A stretch of DNA of 64,000 nucleotides from Lytechinus variegatus (taxonomy: Eukaryota), in contig NC_054742.1 in NCBI RefSeq assembly GCF_018143015.1, positions 58,220,853 to 58,284,852 on the forward strand, written 5' to 3'. Made by a program: the position numbers and the translations under genes. Shown here piece by piece: positions 10,093 to 22,330 of this stretch. The notes below the pieces were generated by a model. It was given only the letters and a program-made list of their open reading frames with translations. It was not told the DNA's origin and did not search any database. Position 1 is the stretch's first letter; the number at the start of each line of letters is the position of its first letter.

Positions 10093-10697
10093 AAGGACAA
10101 GTCCACCTCAACAAACACTTGATTTGAATAAAAAGAGAAAAATTCAACAAGCATAACACTGAAAATTTCATCAAAATCGGATTTAAAATAAGAAAGTTAT
10201 GGCATTTTAAAGTTTCGCTTATTTTCAATGAAATAGTTATATGAACGAGCCAGTTACATCCAAATGAGAGAGTTGATGACATCACTCACTCACTATTTCT
10301 TTTGTATTTTATTATATGAAATATGAAATATTTTGATTTTTCAGTCATTGTCATGTGAAATGAAGTGTCATTCCTCCCTGAACATGTGGAATTCCATTAT
10401 TTTAACATTTTGTGCTTCAGGCAAGGAGGTCCTAATCATCAAATTCGTAAGAATTGAAGTATTGTATAATTCAAACAATAACAAACAAAAGAAATAGTGA
10501 GTGAGTGACATCATCGCCCCTCTCATTTGGATGTAACTGGCTCGTTCATATAACTTTTTTGTTGAAAATAAGAGAAACTTTGAAATGTCATAACTTTCTT
10601 ATTTTACATCCGATTTTGATGAAATTTTCAGTGTTATGCTTGTTGAATTTTTCTCTTTTTATTCAAATCAAGTTTTTGTTGGGGTGGACTTGTCCTT
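10093..10697. mobile_element. Foldback MITE copy 1. The arms are about 210 bp and nearly perfect inverted repeats. Termini AAGGACAAGTCC...GGACTTGTCCTT, flanked by a TA/TA target-site duplication. It lies in ULK4 intron 13.
   Basis: Left arm 10093-10300 is the reverse complement of right arm 10490-10697. The spurious ORFs 9917..10285 (-) and 10505..10711 (+) encode the same peptide because of the palindrome. Confidence 0.75.
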
Positions 10698-10900
10698 TAA
10701 GAATCTTCTGAATACTGTTATGCATACTAACATCGAAATTCCAGTCTGTTTCTAGCCTGCCTGTAGGAATAAAAGCAAATTCAATCTGAATCGTAATGTT
10801 GTCATCATACGCTGTGACCTGAAGCCTATTTGGACTTTACTCTAACCCTGTAAGTACCAGTAATCATATTGATATGAATATTCACTTGGTATTTTATCAG

Positions 10901-11070
10901 GCATTCAGGATCACATCAGCATTCTTTTTGAAGACGTCCAGCGAATGTACCTATCGTCGGAGGACACCAAGGTGGATTCCAAGTCACTGACCCTTCTTAT
11001 GACGGGTCTTCTGGATCTTCTACATACCTTGCTCAAACATATCGCATGCATCGTCAGGAGTGTACTACAG
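10901..11070 (+). CDS. ULK4: ULK4-like exon. Peptide: (G)IQDHISILFEDVQRMYLSSEDTKVDSKSLTLLMTGLLDLLHTLLKHIACIVRSVLQ
   Basis: Acceptor attttatcag, donor cag|gtaaga. Matches ULK4 ...LFSLLDILHSMLTYTSGIVRLALQ. Confidence 0.75.
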
Positions 11071-11200
11071 GTAAGATCAAAACTACTTTGTTGATTTCAC
11101 GATTGTATTTGGACATGTCGTTTATCTGATAAGGTTCAGTTTCCAGCAAATGTCACATAAGCCACAGTCAGGGAGTGGAGTTCACAGTGGGTTCCATGAC

Positions 11201-11391
11201 ATTTGCTCTGGCGACAATTTGCTCCGGCGACAATTACAATTCCACACACTAATGAAATTACCAACTTCAACCCTGGATTTAACGCTATACCCTATCCTAA
11301 CCCTAATCCTAAAATAAGACCTTATTGCAATCCTAATCATAACTCTACATCTTAGAGGAAACTAAGCCTGCAGCAATTGTCGTAGGAGCAA
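11201..11391 (+). mobile_element. MITE family 2 copy. TIR TTGCTCCGGCGACAATT...CAATTGTCGTAGGAGCAA.
   Basis: TIRs and the aaccctaa-rich interior match the 2831-2992 copy. Confidence 0.55.
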
Positions 11392-11523
11392 CGGGTACTA
11401 CTGGGAAAGAATTCCTCAATAAGCTGTGAGCACTGAGATCAGTATCCTAGCTTAGCTAGGTGGATATGTTTGCAATATGAATAACTTGTGTAATTGTTAT
11501 TATCATTATTACTATGTATCTAG

Positions 11524-11622
11524 GCCAAAAAGTCTGGTAGTAGCGCAGACACACAGGGAGCAGAGAGAATACTGATGGCAAACAAACCCTTGGTCAATTG
11601 TAGTCTCATCATTATTAGACTG
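11524..11622 (+). CDS. ULK4: ULK4-like exon. Peptide: AKKSGSSADTQGAERILMANKPLVNCSLIIIRL
   Basis: Acceptor gtatctag, donor ctg|gtaagt. 99 nt, phase 0 at both ends. Matches ULK4 AQKSGSGEDPQAAEDLLLLNRPLTDLISLLIPLL. Confidence 0.75.
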
Positions 11623-11759
11623 GTAAGTGTCAAAGAAAGTTAACAAAGAAGGCAAAGGCCTTTTAAAACAGATAAATCTTGCAGAGTAAACTACTTCCTG
11701 AGTAGTAAAGTAGCCTTTGTAGACCAAATGGCAATTCATTAAGTACACAGAGACATCAA

Positions 11760-11945
11760 ATCTTATGTGATATCCACTATACAATAGCTGAATATTGTTA
11801 TTATTATCATTATTATTGTAATAATGATTATTATTATTATTATTATTATTATTATCATTATTGTTATTATTATCATTATTCTCATTTTAATTATTATTAT
11901 TAATAATAATATTATTATTGTTATGATTACTATTGTTTATCATTA
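11760..11945 (+). repeat. (ATT)n/(TTA)n microsatellite in a ULK4 intron.
   Basis: Seen directly. Confidence 0.85.
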
Positions 11946-11975
11946 AATCTATTTAAAAACATGTCTCTTCCTCAG

Positions 11976-12158
11976 CTTTGTCACAAGGATAAAGAGATCC
12001 ATACGACAGCCTGTGAGTGTCTCTCCCTGATTGGTCAGCTGTATGGTGGGGAATACCCTGCGTCGTTCTCCGCCGATAACTCACAAGCCATGGCTAGAGC
12101 CCTCCAGGCCTTCGATACCAAGAGACAAAAGCTGATCCTCAGATACATCAAGAGAGTG
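11976..12158 (+). CDS. ULK4: ULK4-like exon. Peptide: LCHKDKEIHTTACECLSLIGQLYGGEYPASFSADNSQAMARALQAFDTKRQKLILRYIKRV
   Basis: Acceptor ttcctcag, donor gtg|gtaagt. 183 nt. Matches ULK4 ...SSKCLSILVQLYGGENPDSLSPEN...KEQKLLLRILRRM. Confidence 0.75.
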
Positions 12159-12465
12159 GTAAGTATGACAGGCAGTGATTTTCACTGCCTGTTGTTATAA
12201 GCTACTGAAATCCTTGCATCCGACTGGCTCAGAGTAGATTGTCAGTGAGAATCAATTACTATTTTTTTTCATGAAACACTCCCCTGATCTCTGTGATATG
12301 GTTGACAAGGATGTCGATTTCTTGTGAATTTGTTTTTAATTGCGATTAAAAATATAAGTAATTTTTCTCCTCCCCCTCATACTGATGCACAATTGTACAT
12401 CTGTTTATTTTTTTTAAGCAAATGAAATCTAAATATATTGATCTGTTTTACATTTGACACGACAT

Positions 12466-12634
12466 TTGCTCCTGTGACATTTGCTCCGGTCTCATTATCT
12501 CAGAGGGAAAAGGTGTAGATTTAGGATTGTAATAAAAAAGTTTTTGGTTCATAATAATGTTGGGTTGGGTTTTATGTTCGGCTTAACGTGCAGATTTTCT
12601 ATCGGAGCAACTGTCGCCAGAGCAAATGTCATGG
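12466..12634 (-). mobile_element. MITE family 2 copy in inverted orientation. TIR TTTGCTCCGG...CCAGAGCAAA.
   Basis: Reverse-complement match to the 11201-11391 copy. The two copies bracket ULK4 exons 15 and 16. Confidence 0.55.
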
Positions 12635-12868
12635 AACTGCTTCATAGGGATGAGGGTTGTTATCCTAATTTTTAGAGTAGTGGGTCCTGAAATGATACTT
12701 AGCAGGTTAACAGACAAAAAAATGAAATGATTCTATAAAATGTAAAAAAAAAACTTTTCCACAATAGGAGCCAATTCAACAATTTCCTGTGTCAAATATT
12801 TCAATTTTGATAGCTGGTGACAATAATTATAAATCAATCTGTAATGGTATATCTTCTTCCATTTGTAG

Positions 12869-13024
12869 GTAGCAACTGAGACACACCACATAGAGCATCT
12901 TAACACAGAGGGCACCGTTTTGATAGAAGCATTGGTGCGTATGAGGCAGACGGCAAGCTCACATGCTGATGTAGCAGTGTCTTCTCTTGCAGCTGATATC
13001 CTGAGGGTTGTGGGTGTCCAATAA
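12869..13024 (+). CDS. ULK4: ULK4-like terminal coding exon. Peptide: VATETHHIEHLNTEGTVLIEALVRMRQTASSHADVAVSSLAADILRVVGVQ*
   Basis: Acceptor atttgtag. TAA stop at 13022-13024. Matches the ULK4 C-terminus ...LRALERLAPGSGSFADSAVAPLALEILQAVGR. AATAAA overlaps the stop. Confidence 0.75.
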   Translation, partial: VATETHHIEHLNTEGTVLIEALVRMRQTASSHADVAVSSLAADILRVVGVQ

Positions 13025-13025
13025 A
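13020..13025 (+). promoter_or_regulatory. Candidate polyadenylation signal AATAAA at the ULK4 stop. Other AATAAA hexamers lie at 13146-13151 and 13448-13453.
   Basis: Hexamer seen directly downstream of the stop codon. The actual cleavage site is unknown. Confidence 0.3.
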
Positions 13026-13400
13026 GGCACGATTACTGAGGCTGCTGTTTTAATAGGTGGCATTAGGAGACGGACACCATGCTGATGTAGTGTTTTCTTC
13101 TCTTGCAGCAGATATCATGATTGTTGTTGGTGTACTATCAGAGAATAAACACTTAAGGCACTGCTTTGATAGAGGCATTAGTTCGTATGAAACAGACATC
13201 AAGCTCGCATTCTGATGTAGCAGTCTCCTATCTTGCAGCAGATATCCTGAGGGTTGTGGTTGTCCAGTAAAAGCATGAACACTGAAGGTGTTGTTTTGAT
13301 AGAAGCGTTAGTTTCTATTGGTCAGACGACAAGCTCACATGCTGATGCAAAGGTCTCTTTCAGGGGTTGGGGACACCCAAGTCACAATATAATGGGAGTG
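13025..13400 (+). repeat. Tandem array of about 120-125 bp units derived from the ULK4 last coding exon (3 further partial copies), in the 3' UTR.
   Basis: ..HADVVFSSLAADIMIVVGV.., ..LVRMKQTSSSHSDVAVSYLAADILRVVVVQ*, ..VSIGQTTSSHADAKVS.. These are degenerate copies of exon 17 (12893-13024). Confidence 0.7.
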
Positions 13401-16400
13401 TGCCTCATAAAACCTAATGGGGGTCCAAGGAACTGGCTACAATATTTAAATAAAATAATTGTGCGACGAATATGTTACATAATGGGGGTTTTTGGTTATG
13501 GCCAACATTTTGCCTTTTAACTGTACAATATGCTTTTGCTCACCAAATCACCATTCCCAAGGCTTTTATGCATATAATTAGATATGTATTCTTTTTATTG
13601 TCTCTCTCTTCATATTTTTTGGCATTTTTTGGGGGGGCTATTATGTTTCTGACATTTGTTTCTGTATTGGTTTATTGTAGTGGTTGATGTCAGTGATTTC
13701 CAGCTTGTTTGTGTACTAATGCTGTTAAAACCTTGTACATCAAAATATAAATGCAAGATTTTTAGAGTTGACATAAGTAGCAACCTTCTTTTTCCTAGAA
13801 AGAGTTCTTGGCAGGAATTAGAAAACTGTTTTCGGACAACATAAGGTCGCCACCGTTATATTTCTAATTATCAGTTTTTCTTATCTGATATCGGCAAAAT
13901 TAAAAAAAAAAAAATTTCATCTGAATTTCATGATGAAATTCAGAGGCTAGTAAGATGGGAGATGACTTATCGCAATATTTTGAAAAAGTGTATAATTTAT
14001 TGTTGATCACAAACTGATCAACTGTACAGTCATATATACATTGTTGAATATGTGTAAGAAAGTATTTGCAAGGAAGTACTATTTTGTTCCCTTTGAATCT
14101 TATTTCCCAAAGTAGGTTCTCTGCATTGGGTTGTTGTCGGTTATTGGGGAAATTTCTTCTCGTTTAACCATTACTAGCCTCCTCTTTGGCACAGAAAAAA
14201 AAATCAGTGATTAAACTTTGCCTTTTCAGCTTGCCTTTAATATATCTTAATAAAAGCCACATGGGATAGTTGTTTTGTATCCATTTATGTATTAAAGTGA
14301 TGCAGTACTAATTTATTTATGGATTGTTTTATATGTTATTGATATGCATTTTGGTGTGTATAGTACATATTTATGATGAAAATGTAGATAATCTTCATTG
14401 GAGCGTGTGAATATATTTCCAAATTGAATTAGAGCAGTGTTAAAATAAGTAAATAAAATAAACAAGGAAATGTAGCTAAATATGTTTTCCTTGAACAAAT
14501 AATTGAATCTTTTATTTTTTTTGTGTTTTGTTGTTGTTTGTATTAAAGTCAGTCAAATAACATGCTGTTTTTTCTAACTCTCTTATCCCTCTCCTATCTG
14601 TGCTCTTAAATCCCCCCCCCCTCTCTCTCTCTCTACTCTGCTCCACATTCCCCCCCCCCTTCATCCTTTTTCTATTAAACCCATCCCTCCCTTTGCCTCT
14701 TCTCATCCGTCACAGTGGGATTATGTTTGTATTTAGATACTATTCTCTTTCCTTGAGAGTAGTAGATGTGCCATTGATGTATATAGCTTTGAAAGAGATG
14801 CAAAGAGAGAAATGATGATGCATAGAGGTATAAATAGATGCAAATATGTATATGCTGAAATAGAGTGAAACTAAATAAGAATAAGAAAAATAAAGATGCA
14901 ATGCAAAGAGATAAAGGTGCAAAGTGGGGAAAGGAAAACAGAAGTTAAAATAATTTTAGGTTTGAAAATAATTTTAGGTTTGAAAGTACCACAGGATATA
15001 TCTGTGTTGAGTTTATAAGGCACTTTGATAGGTGGAGTTTAATGTTGAGTGTGAAAGGGGTTTTTCTATATTGTCTTGAGTTCATTTTAAATGCATGCTT
15101 TACTCTATGGTCCAGGTAGTTGCTTTACAACCAGAAATTTTCAGGTGAAGCTATGCAAATTAGTTATAACTCCCATGTAGATGTCCATTATAATGAGCTG
15201 TAGTACAGGGTATTTGGACAAACATGCCCAGCCTCTGTAAGATGAAGGACTCTCTGCCTCTGGCAGCCTTTCTGTTATATCTTTGAATCTTAGTTTGTCT
15301 TCAGTTTCAACACTTATGTTATTCTGCCATGTTCGTTCATCAGAGTTTGTGAAAGCAAATAGCACCTCTGGACAGAAAGATTTAAGCAGTTATTGTGTAG
15401 ATCACCACTGGTGAGTTGACTCATGATTTTTAAGTTTCCAAGGCTAGGATGAAAAATGATAAAGAGATGACAAGAAATTAATATCTCTTCTTCGTTGATT
15501 AATGTTTGCTATTTCTAAAACATGTTTGTACATATTTATTGCATCATTAATTACATTATATCTCTGTACTATCAGTAGCAGAGATATCAAAGTTCAAAGA
15601 CCCACAATGCATTATATATTTTAGGCTGGGAACTGACTTGGCTTGAGATTTCCAGGCATTACGTATATGAGGACATGGGCTGTGATACAGGCATAAAGAG
15701 ATTTAGGGGATAAGCAAGTCGGGTCTTGCATAGTATACTGCCTTTTGCGTGAAACTTGGCAAGTCTGTAGTAGAGACATAGGATTCGAAGATTGGTAGAA
15801 AATGACTTGGAAAAGCTATTTCTTATTGCTTTATAGGTTTGTAATATTCGTGTAAGATGATGCATTTTAAGGTAACGAGAGGCCTGCAAAGCAGAGAGGT
15901 TGATTTTCTTAATTTACTTTGAATTTGGATGGCTCTTCATTGGGGGCACGAGTCTCCCCCACCCTGAACCTCCTCCCAGTATTGTATAGTTGAGCCTTTC
16001 AGCGACATTTTGTAGCAGTGATCCACCAGTGAACTCTCTCATCTAGCAAGCTTAACTTTTTGCATGCTCAATTAATTCTGGGGGATAAGTAATGATTGTT
16101 TATATTTTCTATGAATCTAGTTTTCCACGTTGCACCAGTGATACTGATATCTATTATATGTATGCCCAATAAGTATACAATTTATTAGAATTCTCCAATG
16201 CAAAGGAGAAAACTAATTAGTACCATTGTTGAATTTAATTGTACATATGAGTAAAATTAGCGTACCAAGAACATCGAATGTAAAATGTTGGATATGGGAG
16301 AATGGAAACTGCTGAACGTCACATTGACAAACTGTTGGATTAATGAGAGATCAACAACTTTCACAGCAATGTGATTAATGTAGTATTCTGATATGGTTGG

Positions 16401-16649
16401 GGTGTTTTCATCTTTTCTAAAAAAAATTATGACTTCTTTTAAGCAGTTATCATCAAAGTCATAGTCTTGAGAAGCAAGAATTCATACTGGTTTCGGCAAA
16501 TATGGTATTCAGTTATTGGGAAGTTAATATATTTGGAGAAATTGAAAGATATTGCAAGGGATAAGTTGGATCCTGATAGATTCTTTGAATTTGAAAAAAA
16601 TGCTTGGCATTTGTTGAACATGTATTTCTGTATACCCCTGTGACAATAC

Positions 16650-17170
16650 CCCCATCTTCCTCTGTATCAACTCCCCCCCCTTTCATCTCATCTAAAAAAA
16701 AAATTTCTAACCTGTCCCTTTCTACCTCTCATCTCAAAATTCTTTTACATCTTTTCTGTTACCCCTCCCTCGGTCATTCCTCCTCTCCACATCTCCCTCA
16801 CATCTCATTTTATGTAGCCTGTCCATCTCTTATCTCTCCTCTTCACATCTTCTCTCTCACGTTTTTTGTCACCCCCTTGTGTTTTTCTCACCCCCCTTCT
16901 CTCCCTTGTGTTTTCACTCAACCCCCCCCCCCCCCATCTGAACATGCTCCTCTTTTGATCTATTATCTCCACCTCCCTCTCTCAATCATCTTTTCTCAAT
17001 ATTTTGTTCCTCCCCTTTTGCTTTTAACTTTCCCCTATACAGTATATCTCATTTTCTCACTTCTCATCTCTGCTCAAAATTTTTTTGCTCATGATTTCTC
17101 TAAACCACACCCCTTGCCGATTCATACCACTTTATTTCTCTCATCCCTCTACATTTCGTCTTCACCCAAA
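16650..17170 (+). repeat. Polypyrimidine (C/T-rich) low-complexity block. A similar one lies at 14580-14720.
   Basis: ORF 16604..17191 (proline-rich) is an artefact. Confidence 0.75.
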
Positions 17171-18961
17171 GTCCCAAGTGTTCCTCGATAAGAAAAAGTT
17201 TCACACAGAATTTCGAAGTAAACATTTATCAGACCTAAAAATGAATTCGGAAAAAATACATTGAAAAATCAAGGCAAAATCAAATAAAACAAAACTGTTT
17301 ATCAGTGGATTACACCCCCCTCCCCTTAGATTTCCACTATCAATAATTGCTTTGTATGTATTTTGTATATGTCACCGATGAACACCAAAAAAACAGACTT
17401 TGCATTTTAGAACATGGAAAACTGGGAACTTTACAACAGACTCTTTCTCTTCCCTCAATCAAATGCACCTTCCTCCAAATTACAGTTTTTTTCAACCCGT
17501 AACCCAGGACAGATTCAAGAACATAGAATATGTATTGAAAATGCCTGTCAAATGACAAAGAATAGCTGGGAGGTCTTTGTAATAATTGATGATCCAGGGG
17601 ACCGTTTCATCAATATTTTTGTCTGACAAGTTGTCAGATCCGACATCTTTCCTTGATTCTGATTGACTGAGAGGCACTGTTACCATAGTAACTGTCGGAT
17701 AAAATGGGACTTGTTGGATAAAACGTCTGACAAGTCCTTTCATGAAACGCTCCCCTGGACAACAGTTTTGTATGTCATTTGTCCAGAGTCCAGGATGAAA
17801 CTGCTATTTTGATTCACCTATTATCAACATGACTTGTTCTTTGTCCTGAAGCGCATTTGATAAAATATATTCTCTATGTTTACGAATCCACTGTGCGTCA
17901 CTGTGTAAAGACTTCATGCTCATGAATTAACAAAGGTCACAAAACCATTGTCCGCAGTAATAATTAGTTTGATAGATGGTTTTAATTTGACGCAACACTG
18001 TACATTACATTTTCATTCTACTCCTAAAATATGTTACATCACATCACCACTATGAAACAATAATTGAGATGAATCAGAAAACATATATAAAAAAAATTAC
18101 AGTATAAAAGCACATGCTGAATATAAATCACAAGCTAAGATAGTTGCGCTAGCATCAAAATTATAAGATCCATATCGAGTTGATATGTGTAAAAATACCA
18201 TTTTACAAACATTAATTTTTTTCATATTTGTATGAACATTAAGTTGATAAGACTATTGTTACTTTTGGCAAGGTGGATGACTTTAGTATCATGTGTTTCT
18301 CTCTTAAAAAAAACAATGACTTGGGATCATTTAATTAAGATATTGAAGAAATAAGAAACCAATGAAATAAACTGATGGTACTTTAAGGAAATTTTGATTC
18401 ATGATCTAGACAGAGATAAGCAGACCTCATAATCAACCATTACTGGTATATCAAAACTATAAATATGGGTGTAGAATTTCAAATGTGCTACATGATCACT
18501 TTTGTATTTCAAAAATATATATATATTTGCATTCAAAAATATTAATTTCACTTGGAAAGGAATGGGGTGTTTGGGCAAAATGCAGTAATAAACCGCCACA
18601 CATAGTAAGAATTTGTGTAGAGGGGAAATTAATGAAGGGGTAATATCATCACTTTAAGAACACATGTCATGAAGAAGACTAGGTTTACAATGCATAATGT
18701 ACAATCTTTCTTGACGTCACATATGTACAGGACACAGCACCAATCATTAATTTACAAGCCTGAATTATAATACATGCAATGTATATCTCCCTCTTAGAAG
18801 TTCAGATCTAGAGGGGCTTTCTTTTTCTTGGGAATACACGTATGTAATGCACTTTTAAACATAATTATGGTATAAATAATGCATGCACTATCTAATGACC
18901 TTTTATCAGGTTTACTGTATAAGGAAAAAAATAAAGTAACAACTTCCCATGTATAAACATG

Positions 18962-19002
<41 letters not shown>

Positions 19003-21496
19003 TTCCATGTTAGGTAGATCATTATGAAGTTTCCATTCTTCATAACATGAAGAAACATACATGAAATCTCAGACCTGTTTCATAAACGTGACTATAATGG
19101 TAACTTCCCTATTATCCTTGATTTTGATTGACTGATGAGCACCGTTACCATGGTAGTTACCGCTGGATGGCAAAGTTACCATAATATTAACTTTTACGCA
19201 AAAGGGCCCTGATACGAAACAAGTCTCTGCAGTGATTTCAAAGATGAAACATGATTATTCTGTTCTTGTCTATATTGAGTTCTCATGGAATCATTTTTAA
19301 AAAAATTTAAAAAACTTATCGACATCTGATCATAAGGTAGTTCAAAAATTTCTTCCATTAAGTGTACTCAACAATTTAGTCAATCATGCATTGGTGGTGC
19401 TTCACAAAGCTGTAATTTAGTTATCCACAACTTTACAAACAGCTGAAAGCTGACCTTGCTCTTGTCAGATATCCAAATTAGGACCAAGGAAATATCTTAC
19501 ATGTCTGAGAAATTGGACACATCATGTTTTGAATAACCCAGTCTAAAAAATTGCTTTGACTAGATGTTTATTTGCCTGATGGAAGGTTGATTTTATAGAC
19601 AGGTACCTTTACACTGAATGAGCACTGATCCAATTTATAACCTATAAACTTTGCTTTAAGATGCTTGTTGAAATAAAAAAATAATTTGAAGATATTTGCA
19701 CATATCAATATCATTGAGAACATGATTTGGTACCCAAGGACAAGTAATCAGCTTTCTTAACATATTGAATACCTAACATACAAACAGCTTTGTGAAATGC
19801 CATCATTGTCTGTTTCCATACAAAGGGGAATGCTTCAGTCAAACCTATTAAAATGATTCCAATTCCAAACATAACGAAGGTATGTCATTGAACATAATGT
19901 AAAGTAGTTGGTCTGGGTCCGTAAAACAAAGGCTAGCGATTGATCGTGTGCTTGATTTTCAGGATTGATTGTACATTGTAGTCAATGGAATCAATTGTAG
20001 AAATATGATTTATGATCATTGCTGAATTTTGTGTTCCAGGCTCCTTGTCTTGTTTCTGTGGGTGTGACTGCAGCCCAAAAGATATTTTTATGCATTTCTT
20101 AATGCAATATTCAAAATTTACCAGTGTATACCAACTTGTCTGAGTTGTACTAGATATACCCACAATGTACAATAATTACAAAACCAAAACAGTTATTATA
20201 TGTACAAATTATATATTGATACTAACTGTACAGGAGAGATGTATAATAGAAGTATCAGAATTACAGGCTATGTATATTTGTGACCAAAATGTAAAGGTGA
20301 AGAAGTAATAAAGCAAGGATGAACTGTATGTCCAAATTTCTCAAGAGTACAAAAAGAGAAATAAAAAAATTGCACCGTTCCCCATTCAGAACAATATTGG
20401 CTGTAAATTATCTTGCAATTAAAATTGACTGCAGCGGCGTATCCGGGCAGGGCACATGGAGCCTCTATATTTTTGAGAATCGCACAATGAAAATGCATAA
20501 TCTAGATGTAAATCATAGAAAATTTAATCTGCATCCCCTCTATTTCAAAATTTGCTATTTTCGCCCCCGATATTTCAGCATTCTGGATCTGCCACTGACT
20601 TGTACATGTAAATATGAAGGTTACAAGACAAGAAGAAATAAGTGTATTGTAATATAACATGGACTAATCATAATATTGCCCTTATAAGATCATTTTAATG
20701 GAGGCATTCGTTGAGGAAGATATGAAGGTAATGTGCAAATGTCAGATCTCAAAAAGTTCAATGATTTAATAATTGCCAGTAAAAGACATCTCTAGCAAAC
20801 AATATAGTAATGTCTTGTTTATTTTCTTTTATCTATAATTTGTCAGTAAAACTAAACTCATTGTACTTCTTGCCTTACTTCAAATTCATATCATATTGTT
20901 GATGGTATTAAACAAAGTGTGTTAGGCACACACATTTCACCTAAATTTGGTTGAAAATACTTCCTCAGGAATTCCCTGTATTAAATGAAAAATATTGATA
21001 TGATAGACCAGATTTTTTGGTATAATATTTGATTCTAAACCGAGTCCAAATGAAATAAGAATTGACCTGCTAAGAAATTGTATACATATCGTGCTTTAAT
21101 CATAAATGTTATATTCATTTTGAAGGAAAGGCATTAAGATATATGCTAATAGGATCTCAGAGAAGTATATATCAGACAAATTATGCATGTCATCTGACAA
21201 AAGACGTCATACATAATCAGCCAAACTGAGTCATTCCTAACACAAGGTGAAATTTTAATTAGGAAATATATTTTACAAATAACTCATTTTTTCTGGTATG
21301 AAAAATATGTTGACTTGGAATATGCTGTGAATGCTGTCAATAAAGTTACAATAGCGATAGCAAAGCCAATTTTATTGAGTTGTATAGAAAAATGTACTTA
21401 CATTAAAAAAACCTATGTCATTTGACAGAAATCTTTGACAATTTCATCATGTGCAAAGCTGAGTGCTGGATGTCTCTGATAAACTGCAAAAACTAT

Positions 21497-21790
21497 ATGA
21501 ATACTGGGCCCTGTCTTACAAAGAGTTAAGATTGATCCAATCAATCGTAACTCTATGGAAATCCATCAGTGCCATAATTTTTTCTACAGGAAATTTGCAA
21601 AATGTCCTTTGTAAACAAAGAAGAACACACCAAATTGCCAAGAAATTAATGAATTCATGGATATACATTCATATCTAGAACATCTTTTGAACAAACATGC
21701 ATTTTATATGTTGACTTTGCTGGCTTTCCATAGTTGCGATTGATCGGATCAATCGCAACTCTTTGTAAGGCAGGCCACTGAAAAGTCTGC
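21497..21790. mobile_element. About 290 bp MITE with about 45-bp TIRs (GGCCCTGTCTTACAAAGAGTTaaGATTGATCCAATCAATCG...).
   Basis: Arms at 21497-21560 and 21725-21790 are reverse complements. Related GTTGCGATTGATCG-motif elements at 37395-37525 and 42955-43040. Confidence 0.45.
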
Positions 21791-22129
21791 TTCATAGAAT
21801 TCACTTGTTTCATAAAACATGGGCGTAAATTTTGTCCTCATTGTGCCGTCGTTCCTTTGTGTCTCTGAATGATTGGTCGACCACATCTCCAGGCATTGTA
21901 ATCACAGTAATTGTCCTTCATAGTGATTGTTAACATCCATAATCACTTCAGCCTTCCTGGGAGTTCTCCTGATAATCCTTATTCTTCGCTGCACTTGGAA
22001 TTCATTGGTCAGTTATAAAGTCATTTTGTATATTCTCACTCGCATCCTGTGCTATTTCATATATTTTAGGAAAGGTGAATAACCCGCAGGCTTCTCAATG
22101 ATAATAGAAAATAGCGGTGCATGTAATGC

Positions 22130-22330
22130 ATGAATTGTCCACTAGAAGATGAAACTCCTGACCTGCCATCAATGGTCTACATTCACTTGGACTCCCACAC
22201 AGGATAAACCCACTTGGTCTACTATCAATCTGGTCTAATTGTCGTTTGGTCTACACTCCTCTAGATCTTGGTCTAAAACACACTTTGCCTAATTCTTATT
22301 TATTCTAATGACCAGATGGTCCTATTTTCA
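22130..22330 (+). repeat. Related TGGTCTA(A/C) minisatellite in the 3' flank of the zinc-finger gene.
   Basis: Seen directly. Confidence 0.45.

Noticed and set aside
9917-10711. ORFs 9917..10285 (-) and 10505..10711 (+) encoding nearly the same peptide
   Set aside because: They are mirror images created by the palindromic arms of the foldback MITE.
16604-17191. 195-aa proline-rich ORF
   Set aside because: It is a translation of a polypyrimidine low-complexity block.
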